Assembly (NCBI GenBank): GCA_021767785.1
Contig: JAASSR010000001.1
Coordinates: forward strand, 7,745 to 71,744
From: Methanolobus sp.
Lineage (GTDB): Archaea; Halobacteriota; Methanosarcinia; Methanosarcinales; Methanosarcinaceae
DNA length: 64,000 bases
Reading direction: 5' to 3'
Part shown: positions 1 through 9,629 of the stretch, piece by piece
Numbering within the stretch: position 1 is the first letter of the stretch
Layout of the letters: each line of letters opens with the position of its first letter
Program-made: the position numbers and the translations under genes
Notes under the pieces: model-generated
Told to the model about the DNA's origin: nothing
The model's database searches: none
Seen by the model: the letters and a program-made list of their open reading frames with translations, nothing else

Positions 1-102
1 CTTTCAGTTGAACTGTTTACGTCAGGTACAAAAGAAAGGAACGGTAACAATATATACGGTTATTGCAAAGTAAGTGTTAAAATGAGCCAAAGGTGGAATA
101 GG

Positions 103-1377
103 ATGCCGTACATCGATGATGACAAAAGCTATAAGATAAAAAAGATTCACGCACGTGAGATTCTGGACTCCAGAGGAAATCCGACAGTCGAAGTAGATAT
201 CTATACTTCTTCAGGATTTGGCAGGGCAAGTGTTCCTTCAGGTGCTTCTACAGGCAGCAACGAAGCACTTGAGTTGCGCGATAAAGAAGACCGTTATGGA
301 GGAAAAGGTGTTCTTGATGCGGTTGACAATGTAAACACCATTATAGGGACCGAACTGCTTGGCATGGATGTCAGAAAACAGCGTGAGATCGATGGTCTTA
401 TGCTTGCCCTTGACGGCACAGAGAACAAGATGGAACTTGGTGCAAATTCTATTTTAGGTGTTTCCATGGCGGTGGCAAAAGCTGCTGCTGATTCCCTTAA
501 TATGCCACTGTATCGCTATCTTGGTGGTATCAATGCATATACACTTCCTGTTCCCACTATGAATGTCCTAAACGGAGGAAAGCATGCAGGTAACGCTCTT
601 TCCATTCAGGAGTTCATGATACAGCCAAAGGGTACCAGCTCCTATTCAGAAGCTCTTCGTATGGGTACGGAGACCTATCATGCACTTGGCAATATACTGG
701 AATCCAAATATGGTGGCTCAGCAACCAATGTAGGTTATGAAGGTGGGTACGCACCTTCAATTGAAATGACAAATGATGCCCTTGATGCGCTGGTAAGTGC
801 CATCGAAGAGGCAGGATACACAGAGAACGAGATCAGCATTGGTCTTGACGCGGCAGCATCAGAATTCTTTGATGGACATGATTATTCAATTGACGGGAAG
901 TTATTGAAACCTGCCGAACTTGTGGATTATTATCTTGAGCTTATAGAAACATATCCTGTGATCCTTATTGAAGATCCTTTCCATGAAGAATCTTTTGAGG
1001 ATTTCGTTACCCTGACAAACGATGCATGGGATACGTTAATTGTAGGTGATGACCTTTTTGTTACAAATGTGGACCGTCTGGTAAAGGGTGTTGAAATGGG
1101 CGCTGCAAATGCACTTCTTCTGAAAGTGAATCAGATAGGGTCCCTCTCTGAAGCATTCGATGCAGCTAATATGGCAAGTCATAATGGATATGGTGTGGTC
1201 GTGAGCCATCGTTCCGCTGAGACAGAAGACACTACCATTTCAGACATATCAGTTGCAATAGGCGCCGACCTTATCAAGACCGGAGCACCTGCAAGAAGTG
1301 AGCGTACTGCAAAATACAACCAGCTTCTCAGGATCGAAGAGGATCTGGGAGAAGCAGCACGTTACATGCAGATCTGA
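103..1377 (+). CDS. eno: Enolase (phosphopyruvate hydratase)
   Basis: Motifs AREILDSRGNPTVEV, VPSGASTG, LLLKVNQIG, SHRS, IKTGAPARSERTAKYNQLLRIEE. Start placed at ATG 103 after AGGTGG; the ORF track starts at 82. Confidence 0.96.
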   Translation: MPYIDDDKSYKIKKIHAREILDSRGNPTVEVDIYTSSGFGRASVPSGASTGSNEALELRDKEDRYGGKGVLDAVDNVNTIIGTELLGMDVRKQREIDGLMLALDGTENKMELGANSILGVSMAVAKAAADSLNMPLYRYLGGINAYTLPVPTMNVLNGGKHAGNALSIQEFMIQPKGTSSYSEALRMGTETYHALGNILESKYGGSATNVGYEGGYAPSIEMTNDALDALVSAIEEAGYTENEISIGLDAAASEFFDGHDYSIDGKLLKPAELVDYYLELIETYPVILIEDPFHEESFEDFVTLTNDAWDTLIVGDDLFVTNVDRLVKGVEMGAANALLLKVNQIGSLSEAFDAANMASHNGYGVVVSHRSAETEDTTISDISVAIGADLIKTGAPARSERTAKYNQLLRIEEDLGEAARYMQI

Positions 1378-1413
1378 GCTGGGGATTCAGTTCAAACTTG
1401 CTATTTTTATTTT

Positions 1414-2664
1414 TCATTCAAGCAAAGGGACCGTCAGGCTTCCCTGGGGCAGAATGACCGCATAGGGTTCCTTTCCCTGTTCTTTTATTTTTTCAACAGC
1501 TTTATTGAAAGTTTCCTGTATATCTATGTAAGGTTCTAGTTTTGCCTTTTTGATGACACCAGGATCCAGGTCGGATACCGCCCACATTTCCGCATAGACA
1601 CCTATCTGCGCCATTTTAGCAGCTTTGTGGTATCCCAGCTTGTAACCTTCATTGATCCTGCACATAACATCCCGGGCTGTATTTGCGGAACTGAGCAGGT
1701 TCAGAAAAGTTTCATCTCCTACACCGTCACGACATTTTGAAACAAGGATGATAATCCCTCCGTCTTCCAGTGCAAGTTTGCCATTTTCAAGTGCTTTCTG
1801 GGACTGGTAAAGGTCTATGTCCATGGGATAAGGTGCAGCTGTGACCACTATGTTTCCCTTGCGGTTGTATTTTGAACAGAATACTTCATTTGCCTTTTCC
1901 ACTGCAATATCAAAGGATTCGAAAAGATCTCCGGCAACCGCAGCATACAGTCCGTGGTCAGCTGTAAGAACTGTTTGTATGGAATATATGTTAAGTTCCT
2001 TCAGCACTTTCATGGCATCTTCCATATCCTCCGCAACAGGATTTCCCTTGATAGCAAGAGGTTTCGCGTCATCAGAGAGTGCATGTTTGTGGTTCATTTC
2101 AATGGTCTTATATGCTGCCACTCCCGGAAGGAATGCTTTTCTACCGCCTGTGTAACCTGCAAAATAGTGCGGTTCAACGCTTCCGATAACAATGATATTT
2201 TTGTATTCGTTCACCATTTTGTTCAGGTACATTTCGGTGCCATTGCCTGAGATTCCAAGGTATTCCATATTTTCATCATTACGTGCATCATGAACACATA
2301 TTCTGTCTTTGAACTCATCATATATTTCCCTGAATATATATCTGAATTCTTCCTCAGTTGGTCTTCTGTGTGCACCGGTGGCAACGAGGAATTTCACATC
2401 TTCATGGCTTCTTAATAATTCACGCATTTTAAGGAGAATCTTTGCAGTTGGTGTGGGCCTGGTTGCATCATTCACAAGTATGAGCACTCTTTCACTATTT
2501 TTGAGAAATTCTTCCAGTGACTCTTTTCCCGGTTTTTTTTTAAGGGCTTTGTCGATGATATCATCTTCGTTCCCCACTTCTACAAAATTAGGTTCAATGA
2601 CCTCATGAGGTATTTCCACTTCAAGGTCAATGAATTTGTTTCCATAAGGTATAGGTACTTTGAT
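1414..2664 (-). CDS. LarA-family nickel-pincer racemase/epimerase
   Basis: NDATRPTP, ATGAHR, EPHYFAGYTGGRK, YQSQKA. The frame extends upstream of the GTG at 2619 to ATC-KVPIPYG behind a GGAGGG SD. Confidence 0.88.
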   Translation of the reverse strand: MKVPIPYGNKFIDLEVEIPHEVIEPNFVEVGNEDDIIDKALKKKPGKESLEEFLKNSERVLILVNDATRPTPTAKILLKMRELLRSHEDVKFLVATGAHRRPTEEEFRYIFREIYDEFKDRICVHDARNDENMEYLGISGNGTEMYLNKMVNEYKNIIVIGSVEPHYFAGYTGGRKAFLPGVAAYKTIEMNHKHALSDDAKPLAIKGNPVAEDMEDAMKVLKELNIYSIQTVLTADHGLYAAVAGDLFESFDIAVEKANEVFCSKYNRKGNIVVTAAPYPMDIDLYQSQKALENGKLALEDGGIIILVSKCRDGVGDETFLNLLSSANTARDVMCRINEGYKLGYHKAAKMAQIGVYAEMWAVSDLDPGVIKKAKLEPYIDIQETFNKAVEKIKEQGKEPYAVILPQGSLTVPLLE

Positions 2665-2795
2665 AAAAATCCCTCCGATTCCGGATATTTATATTGATTA
2701 TCATAATGGGATCATTTATTTATAGCATTCTCTTCCCATATACAGGATATCCTGAATGCAATATTATTTCAGCGTATATAATACCAGGTGAAGAA

Positions 2796-3422
2796 TTGAT
2801 CGAAACCACACAACTCATATATTTCATCGCAGCTTCAGTAGCTCTTACACTTCTTCCGGGTCCTGATATTCTTTTTGTGCTTACACAGAGCATATCTCAG
2901 GGAAAGAAGGCGGGTATGGCAATTGCATCCGGTCTTTGTACTGGTCTGCTGTTCCATACAACTGCAGCAGCATTAGGAGTATCTGCGATCCTTTACAGTT
3001 CAGCTGTGGCTTTTTCTTTTCTGAAATATGCAGGGGCGATCTATCTTCTCTATCTTGCCTATATGACAATAAAAGAAGAGGGGAAACTGGCATCACTGGA
3101 ATCTATGAGAGTTACAGAACTCTCTCTGCTTTACAGAAGGGGCATTTTTATGAATATACTTAATCCCAAAGTTTCTCTTTTCTTTCTTGCCTTCTTGCCC
3201 CAGTTTGTCGATGCAGGCTCAGGCAATGTTCCTCAACAGATGATATTCCTGGGTGCTGTATTCTTTTTGCAGGCTATGGTCATCTTCTTCATAGTATCGT
3301 ACTTTGCCGGTATGATAGGAATCAAGATAATGGAAAAGCCGGATCTGGATAGGAAGATAAACTGGGTTAAAGCTGGTATTTATTCGATAATAGGGATAGA
3401 ACTTGCACTCTCAAATAAATGA
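2796..3422 (+). CDS. LysE/RhtB family translocator
   Basis: LLPGPD, LKYAGAIYLLYLA, NILNPKVSLFFLAFLPQF. TTG start after AGGTGA. Confidence 0.9.
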   Translation: MIETTQLIYFIAASVALTLLPGPDILFVLTQSISQGKKAGMAIASGLCTGLLFHTTAAALGVSAILYSSAVAFSFLKYAGAIYLLYLAYMTIKEEGKLASLESMRVTELSLLYRRGIFMNILNPKVSLFFLAFLPQFVDAGSGNVPQQMIFLGAVFFLQAMVIFFIVSYFAGMIGIKIMEKPDLDRKINWVKAGIYSIIGIELALSNK

Positions 3423-3494
3423 TCTGTCAATTCAACTTGTGTTCGGAATAGTTATATTCTAACAGTTAAATCCTTTCCTTAAAGGAATCATTAA

Positions 3495-4667
3495 ATGTTC
3501 GAGTTGAAAATAGCACTGAGACACATAAGCGCACGAAAGCGTCTTACTTTTTTTGCAGTATTTGCAGTAGCTCTGGCCATAGCTGTCATCGTAGTTCTCA
3601 TGTCAATGATGAGCGGATTTACTGAAGAACTCATTGATTCCACGGTGGAGAATTCACCTCATATAGTTATCAGTTCTTCCGATCAGCAAGAGGATTATGT
3701 TCATTTCTACAATTATTACTCACGGCAAATAGCAACAATAAATGGTGTGGAGGCAGTATCTCCCGTATTTGTGGGTCAGGCTGCCATAAGTCACAAGGAC
3801 AATGCGGAAGGAGTTAATCTGAACGGTATTGATCCCGTCTCAGAAGATAATGTGATGCGTATATCCGATGACATTGTTTCAGGAAACCTGTTCGATCTTG
3901 GAAGAAGCAACAATGGTATTGTTATCGGTGATAAACTTGCAGAAGATCTTGAAGTTGCGAAGGGGGAGAACGTTGATGTAGTTATGCCTGGTTTCGGTTC
4001 AAGGTCATTCAAGGTGATAGCCGTATTCGACAGTGGAACCTCCAGTGATGAAAGTGTTGCTTACATACGCTTTGATTCGGCTCTGAATTTCTTTGAGGAG
4101 AACGGAGTTGCCAGTAAGATCAATGTAAGAGTGGCGGATCCTTTCCAGGCAGATGCTATTGCCACTTCCCTGGAGCAGCAGGATACAGGACTTGACGCTG
4201 TAAGCTGGATAGAGACTAACAGCGAGATACTTGATCTTATCAACACTCAGGTTGTTATAGTCTGGCTTTATTACGGTCTTATATACATGATAGCAGGTTT
4301 TGGAATTGCCAATACCCTTTTCACGGTTGTCATGGACAAGAAAAAAGAAATTGGTATGCTTATGGCCATGGGTGCTTCCAGGCACAACATCACAATGATA
4401 TTCCTGTTCGAATCACTTATTCTCGGAACCATGGGTGTTCTTCTTGGTTGTCTGCTGGGGTATGTTGCATCCACAGGGCTTGCTTCTTATCAGATAGACC
4501 TGCCTGCAGAAATGTATTTCGGGCTCACAACGCTTCCTCTTAAGACCGATCTTATGAACTATGTCTATGCAATCATATTCTCATTCCTTATCAATGTAGT
4601 TGCAGGTGTTTATCCTGCAAGAAAGGCAGCCAAGCTTGATCCTGTGGAAGCCATAGAAAGTGCATGA
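3495..4667 (+). CDS. LolC/E (MacB/FtsX-type) ABC permease
   Basis: One N-terminal TM, large extracellular domain, KKKEIGMLMAMGA, C-terminal YPARKAAKLDPVEAI. Confidence 0.9.
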   Translation: MFELKIALRHISARKRLTFFAVFAVALAIAVIVVLMSMMSGFTEELIDSTVENSPHIVISSSDQQEDYVHFYNYYSRQIATINGVEAVSPVFVGQAAISHKDNAEGVNLNGIDPVSEDNVMRISDDIVSGNLFDLGRSNNGIVIGDKLAEDLEVAKGENVDVVMPGFGSRSFKVIAVFDSGTSSDESVAYIRFDSALNFFEENGVASKINVRVADPFQADAIATSLEQQDTGLDAVSWIETNSEILDLINTQVVIVWLYYGLIYMIAGFGIANTLFTVVMDKKKEIGMLMAMGASRHNITMIFLFESLILGTMGVLLGCLLGYVASTGLASYQIDLPAEMYFGLTTLPLKTDLMNYVYAIIFSFLINVVAGVYPARKAAKLDPVEAIESA

Positions 4668-4743
4668 TAATTTTGTGGCTATAAGCTTTATTTTTTAAAC
4701 TCCGTTCTGTCTAATTAAAAGAAGGATGTTTGTTCGTATGTAT

Positions 4744-4760
4744 GCGAAAAGTATTTATTC
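4744..4760 (+). promoter_or_regulatory. Putative BRE/TATA (GCGAAAAG-TATTTATT) for the sRNA candidate
   Basis: Purine-rich BRE followed by a TATA-like box, about 25 nt upstream of the stem starting at 4781. Confidence 0.5.
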
Positions 4761-4780
4761 TCTGAAGTAGTTTGTATGTT

Positions 4781-4878
4781 TGCGAACGGGTCTGTTACTT
4801 AGTACCTCTCCAATACACTCCAATGTCACCATACCTGTGCATTCACCCCTTTGCCCGTTCGCATCCCCTATGTTTTTT
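4781..4878 (+). ncRNA. Candidate small RNA with terminal 10-bp stem and CU-rich anti-SD interior
   Basis: TGCGAACGGG (4781-4790) is the exact reverse complement of CCCGTTCGCA (4854-4863). Interior has CTCCAAT twice and TCACC twice. TATA upstream, T6 tract downstream, no ORF in the track. Confidence 0.6.
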
Positions 4879-4902
4879 ATAAAAGCGTCCTAATTAAGGT
4901 GC

Positions 4903-5319
4903 ATGAAGATTGTCATTGAGACACCTAAGTATAGTTTTTTTAAATATCAAAGTCAAGGTTCTTTTTTTGTAAAGGAATTTCTCTCTCCTATACCAACTAT
5001 ATTCAATTACGGTTTTATTGCAGGAAGTCTTGCAGAAGATGGCATGGAAAAAGACATAGTTGTCATAGGTGACCGTATGCCTCAGGGTTCTGTTCTTGAA
5101 TTATCGAAAACTGACGGTATTGTGAAGTTCATAGATGACTCCATAGAAGACAACAAGGAAATAATTTGTCTGGGTGGTTATTACTCAAAATCTCTTTTTT
5201 ACTTCTATTTCCATATATATGCCATGTTCAAGATAATGTATTATCTGATTCTCAAAAGAAAATTAGCATACTGCAGATTTCTGGGTATATCATGGTATAT
5301 TGATCAAGTCCCGGAGTAA
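4903..5319 (+). CDS. Short, degenerate family I inorganic pyrophosphatase-like protein
   Basis: IETPKYS..KY, NYGFI, DGMEKD (canonical DGDPLD), D..EDNK. Hydrophobic C-terminus. Confidence 0.6.
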   Translation: MKIVIETPKYSFFKYQSQGSFFVKEFLSPIPTIFNYGFIAGSLAEDGMEKDIVVIGDRMPQGSVLELSKTDGIVKFIDDSIEDNKEIICLGGYYSKSLFYFYFHIYAMFKIMYYLILKRKLAYCRFLGISWYIDQVPE

Positions 5320-5361
5320 AAGCTTGGAATTGATCCAAATGTTTTTTTCTTTCGAAGAGTC

Positions 5362-6519
5362 TCACCTTGTGGATATTGCTTCCACGGGATCAAGGCCTGC
5401 AGCTCTTTGTGCCGGATATATTCCTGCAATGAGGTTTAACAAAAAGACTATTGTTATTATTGCCATTACATCTTTAACTCTAACGAGCACGGGGATTGCC
5501 TCAAGACCATAAATATCTTCCGGAAGTGGGTAACTACCTATTGATAATGCCAGAGCAACACCTGCAGCAGTTCCAAAAACTGCTCCTGCAAGACCAAGAA
5601 TGCCACTTTCAACAAGAAAAATGAACCTGATATTGGATTTTGTAGCACCCATTGCAAGCAGAATTCCTATCTCTTTTACTTTTCCCATTACCACCATGTT
5701 CAATGTACTCACCACACCGAAAGATGCAATAAGAAGTATGAATCCAAGTGTTACATTGTTCGATACAGTTTCAATGGCAATAGTCCTCAATATTTCAGGA
5801 TTGTTCTCTGTCCAACCCGCAGCGTTATAACCATTGTCTTCTATTATCTGTGCGATCTCTCTGTCCCTGTTAAAATCATCTATTCTCAGTGATATGCCAT
5901 TTATGACATCTTCGGTATCATAGAAATCCTGTGCAGTGCTAAGTGATACATATGTGAGACTTTCATCAAGTGGTGTTCCGGTATCATATATTGCTATGAC
6001 TTTCAATGAAACAGGATTAGCATTCGGGAAGGAGACCTCCACATTGTCTCCTATCTCAAGCTCCATATCTTCTGCAAACTTATCCCCTACAATGATACTT
6101 CTCTCTGAATATGTTAGTCCGTTATAGTCACCTTTTATAATATCTTTTTCAGTATGAGCAACAGCGTCTTCCTGTTGGGGAATTATTCCCTTGATAACTG
6201 CGTTTTTCGTATTATCCCTGAATTTGAACGAAGCTTCTCCGGTCAGGTAAGGAGATGATGCAATAACGCCGTCTATATTATTTATTTTGTTGACGATATT
6301 CTTGTAGAGATGTATGTACTCTTCACCTTCCTGTGGTGAAACCACAACATGAGGTAGATTATCCACGGTTTTATCATAAAGTTCCTGTGTGAATCCTGCC
6401 ATAAAGGATTGGGATACCATCAGTATCATAACAGCTATTCCGATGGCTGCGATCGAGAGAATTGTCTGTCTTTTTCTTGCTTTTATATGACGCAGTGCAA
6501 TGAATAATTCATATCGCAT
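5362..6519 (-). CDS. LolC/E (MacB/FtsX-type) ABC permease
   Basis: Paralog of 3495-4667: KEIGILLAMGA, YPAQRAAGLDPVEAI. Confidence 0.9.
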   Translation of the reverse strand: MRYELFIALRHIKARKRQTILSIAAIGIAVMILMVSQSFMAGFTQELYDKTVDNLPHVVVSPQEGEEYIHLYKNIVNKINNIDGVIASSPYLTGEASFKFRDNTKNAVIKGIIPQQEDAVAHTEKDIIKGDYNGLTYSERSIIVGDKFAEDMELEIGDNVEVSFPNANPVSLKVIAIYDTGTPLDESLTYVSLSTAQDFYDTEDVINGISLRIDDFNRDREIAQIIEDNGYNAAGWTENNPEILRTIAIETVSNNVTLGFILLIASFGVVSTLNMVVMGKVKEIGILLAMGATKSNIRFIFLVESGILGLAGAVFGTAAGVALALSIGSYPLPEDIYGLEAIPVLVRVKDVMAIITIVFLLNLIAGIYPAQRAAGLDPVEAISTR

Positions 6520-6537
6520 CGATGACACCTTTCAGTG

Positions 6538-7644
6538 TTATTTCTGCCTGAACACCATTGCAGTAATTAGAATTATCATCAGGGCAACAGAGAACAGGAA
6601 TCCAGGCGTTTGCTCTGTGTTCTGGGTATCTGGAGTACCTGTCTGGTTGACGGATGGTTCGTAATCTGATTCTATAATGCTTTCTTCTATATCCAGTACA
6701 TCTCCGTCGTTCCCTATTACTTCGATCACAAGCCCGTATTCACCGGTGGTTAGACGTTTGTCCCATATGGTTTCAACGGTTTCATCATCCCCGTTAAGGA
6801 TTACTGGTGAATTCTCAGTAACGGATTCGATGATGGTTTCTTCGTTTCCTTCCAATTTTGAAACTGTGAATCTGACAGAACCTTTGAATGGCACCTGGGA
6901 TATACCGTCAACAGTAGCACTTGCCCCTATGTCATCTTCGTAGGTATCACTGATAAATACATCATCCTGTGCAGTGAAATCTTCTGTCAGTGCGATATAG
7001 TTAACAGATGGAGAATACAGTTTGACCTTTATCCGTGCACTGTAATCTTTGTTATTTTCAAGGAGTACGTTCCAGTCTTCGCTTATTTCCACAGGTTGCG
7101 TGTGTACTGAGATTTTCTTATCAATTCCTGAATAAATAACATCTGATCCTTCAAGGAGCATGTATTCCAGATCAACAAGTACTGCTTCCTGTGGTGTTAT
7201 CATTACACTGAAACCCTGTGAGTTCGATACGAGATCATGGACTTTTACTCTGGGTATAATCTGCCTTCCATTAACGAAATTGTATGTGTTTTCATAAATG
7301 ACACAATTATTTTTAGAGATCAGACTATTGATGGTATATTTTCCATCCCCTTTGTCATCAGTGTCCCATCTGAATGCTTTGGTTATATCTGCATCCGGCT
7401 GTATGTTCTCTATTAAAAAAGTTCTGGTGTCCAGTATATTGCTTTCATGTTCCAGTTCCATCCTCAGTTCCAGCCCTGTAACTTCCTCCGGGCTGTGTAA
7501 AGTAATGTCACATGTCTTAAGGTCAGAGTAAATATCTGCAATACTGACATCATAAGCATCGGGTGAACAATCAAGTGCATAAGAAGGAACTGTGAGTGAA
7601 ATTATCAGTATAGTAATTGTCAGGGACAAAAAAGCGGATCTCAT
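6538..7644 (-). CDS. Secreted acidic surface protein with PGF-CTERM sorting signal
   Basis: Signal peptide, Thr/Gln linker, then TPGF, a hydrophobic helix and a basic tail (FRQK). Confidence 0.75.
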   Translation of the reverse strand: MRSAFLSLTITILIISLTVPSYALDCSPDAYDVSIADIYSDLKTCDITLHSPEEVTGLELRMELEHESNILDTRTFLIENIQPDADITKAFRWDTDDKGDGKYTINSLISKNNCVIYENTYNFVNGRQIIPRVKVHDLVSNSQGFSVMITPQEAVLVDLEYMLLEGSDVIYSGIDKKISVHTQPVEISEDWNVLLENNKDYSARIKVKLYSPSVNYIALTEDFTAQDDVFISDTYEDDIGASATVDGISQVPFKGSVRFTVSKLEGNEETIIESVTENSPVILNGDDETVETIWDKRLTTGEYGLVIEVIGNDGDVLDIEESIIESDYEPSVNQTGTPDTQNTEQTPGFLFSVALMIILITAMVFRQK

Positions 7645-7734
7645 ATCATGGCTCCTGTATTTAAATTAAATTATTTTTGATACTATTTATAGCAATCTGT
7701 GAAACAATATATTTATGAATCCGACAGTTTTGCA

Positions 7735-8922
7735 TCATTCATACCTGAGCGCATCCAGGGGTTTCATTCTTGAAGCCTTCCATGCAGGGTACATCCCTCC
7801 AATGAGGCTTGTTGCAATACCAAAGAAAAAGCCTTCCATCACATAGAACATACTGGAAAGTGTAAGGAGATATGAGGCGTTCTTAAAGACCAGAGCCATA
7901 ATGATATACCCCCCTCCAAGAGTCAGTAGTGCTCCTGCACTGCTGGCTATAAGTCCCAGGAACAATGCCTCGAGCAGGAACATTTTCAATATATCCTTTC
8001 TGGAAGCGCCAACGGCTTTCATGATACCTATCTCTTTTGTACGTTCCATTGTGGACATGAGCATTACATTGAGTATGCTCACACCTGCAACGAGCAATGA
8101 TATGGAACCTATTCCCATTAAGAAGAGCGAAATGGAACCGAACACCTGATCCAGATTTTCAGTAATTGAGTTTGTGGCAAAGACGGTAACAAGTTCCTCT
8201 TTTTTGTTTATGCGCTCCTCTATCTCATCTGCAGTAGAATCTATCTCATCTATATCTTTAACAACCACAATTACCTGATCATAACCTTCATCAGCATCAG
8301 GATATAGCTTCTCATACATTTCTGATGAAGTAAAAACTCCACTGTCGGTATTAATATCAAATCCAAGCCCTCTCTCTTTGAGTATACCGACCACTCTCAG
8401 CTTTGTTTCATCTATCTCGATTTTCTTGCCGGTTGCAAGCTCAAGATTTTCCGCAACACTTGAACCCACCACGCAATCAGTGGAGCCGGGTTTGAAAAAA
8501 CGTCCGTCTTCAAGCTCCACAAGCTTTTCAAGCCCTTCTTTTTCAATATCATAGACCGAAATATATGACTGGACCTCAGCTCCGCTCTTCCTGTATTCTA
8601 TTATCTCGCCACTGGATGATACCGGAATTATGCTTTCTATATTCCCTACCTTTTCCATCTGATCTATCTGTCTGTGGGTTATGGAATCTTCCCCCGGCGC
8701 AGGAGATACTATGAGCTTGTCTCCTATATCTGCAAAGGAATCGGTGACTGACAGTTTCAGGCTGTTACCCAAAATTCCCATGGATGATATGGCAATAACT
8801 CCAATGATGATTCCAATAGCTGCAAGTATGGTGCGGATGGACTGTCTTTTCAGGTTTCTTTTTGCCAGCTCGGCATACATATTGTTGCTGAGCATTGAGA
8901 TGATCTCTTCTGTAATATTCAT
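7735..8922 (-). CDS. MacB-type ABC permease
   Basis: GIIIGVIAI, ERTKEIGIMKAVGA, YPAWKASRMKPLDALRYE. Confidence 0.92.
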   Translation of the reverse strand: MNITEEIISMLSNNMYAELAKRNLKRQSIRTILAAIGIIIGVIAISSMGILGNSLKLSVTDSFADIGDKLIVSPAPGEDSITHRQIDQMEKVGNIESIIPVSSSGEIIEYRKSGAEVQSYISVYDIEKEGLEKLVELEDGRFFKPGSTDCVVGSSVAENLELATGKKIEIDETKLRVVGILKERGLGFDINTDSGVFTSSEMYEKLYPDADEGYDQVIVVVKDIDEIDSTADEIEERINKKEELVTVFATNSITENLDQVFGSISLFLMGIGSISLLVAGVSILNVMLMSTMERTKEIGIMKAVGASRKDILKMFLLEALFLGLIASSAGALLTLGGGYIIMALVFKNASYLLTLSSMFYVMEGFFFGIATSLIGGMYPAWKASRMKPLDALRYE

Positions 8923-9629
8923 CCGATGATCTCCCCGTCCTGTATCCTGATAGTCGTATGAGAATAATTTTCCAGCTCAGGATCGTGTGTTACAACTATC
9001 ACGGTTGTACCGGAAGAATTCAATTCTTCGAGCAGTTTCATGATGTTATGTCCTGTCTTCGTGTCCAGATTTCCTGTTGGTTCGTCAGCAAGCAGAATCG
9101 GTGGCCGGTTTGCCAGTGCCCTTGCAATTGCAACCCTCTGTTGCTGACCCCCTGACATCTCATTGGGTTTGTGACGTGCATATTCAAGTGGCAGGTCGGC
9201 TTTTTTAAGCATCATAAGAGCTTTTTTCCTTCTCTTACGTGGAGATTCCCCGTTGAATATCATGGGTATTTCAACGTTTTCGATTGCTGTAAGAGTTGGT
9301 ATCAGGTTGAACTGCTGGAAAATAAAACCTATATTGTTCCTTCTTATAGCTGTAAGGCCATCGTCATCCAGTTTTGACAGATCGACATTGTTTACTTTTA
9401 CCCTACCGGATGTGGGCAGGTCAAGGCATCCTATCATATTCAAAAGGGTACTCTTTCCGGAACCGGATGATCCCATTATGGTAACAAAATCTCCTTCTTT
9501 AATTGCAATGCTTACTCCTTTAAGTGCATAGATCCTGTTTTTTCCGAGAGTATATATGCGACTAACATCCTGCAACTGTACAATAGGATGCGTTGAACGT
9601 TGAGATTCTGGCATGTAAGCACCGTTCAT
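8919..9629 (-). CDS. LolD/MacB-type ABC ATPase
   Basis: [38 protein letters not shown]. Confidence 0.95.
   Translation of the reverse strand: MNGAYMPESQRSTHPIVQLQDVSRIYTLGKNRIYALKGVSIAIKEGDFVTIMGSSGSGKSTLLNMIGCLDLPTSGRVKVNNVDLSKLDDDGLTAIRRNNIGFIFQQFNLIPTLTAIENVEIPMIFNGESPRKRRKKALMMLKKADLPLEYARHKPNEMSGGQQQRVAIARALANRPPILLADEPTGNLDTKTGHNIMKLLEELNSSGTTVIVVTHDPELENYSHTTIRIQDGEIIG

Noticed and set aside
730..760. Enolase VGYEGG instead of the common VGDEGG
   Set aside because: The catalytic Glu and the other active-site motifs are intact; likely a lineage variant, not inactivation.
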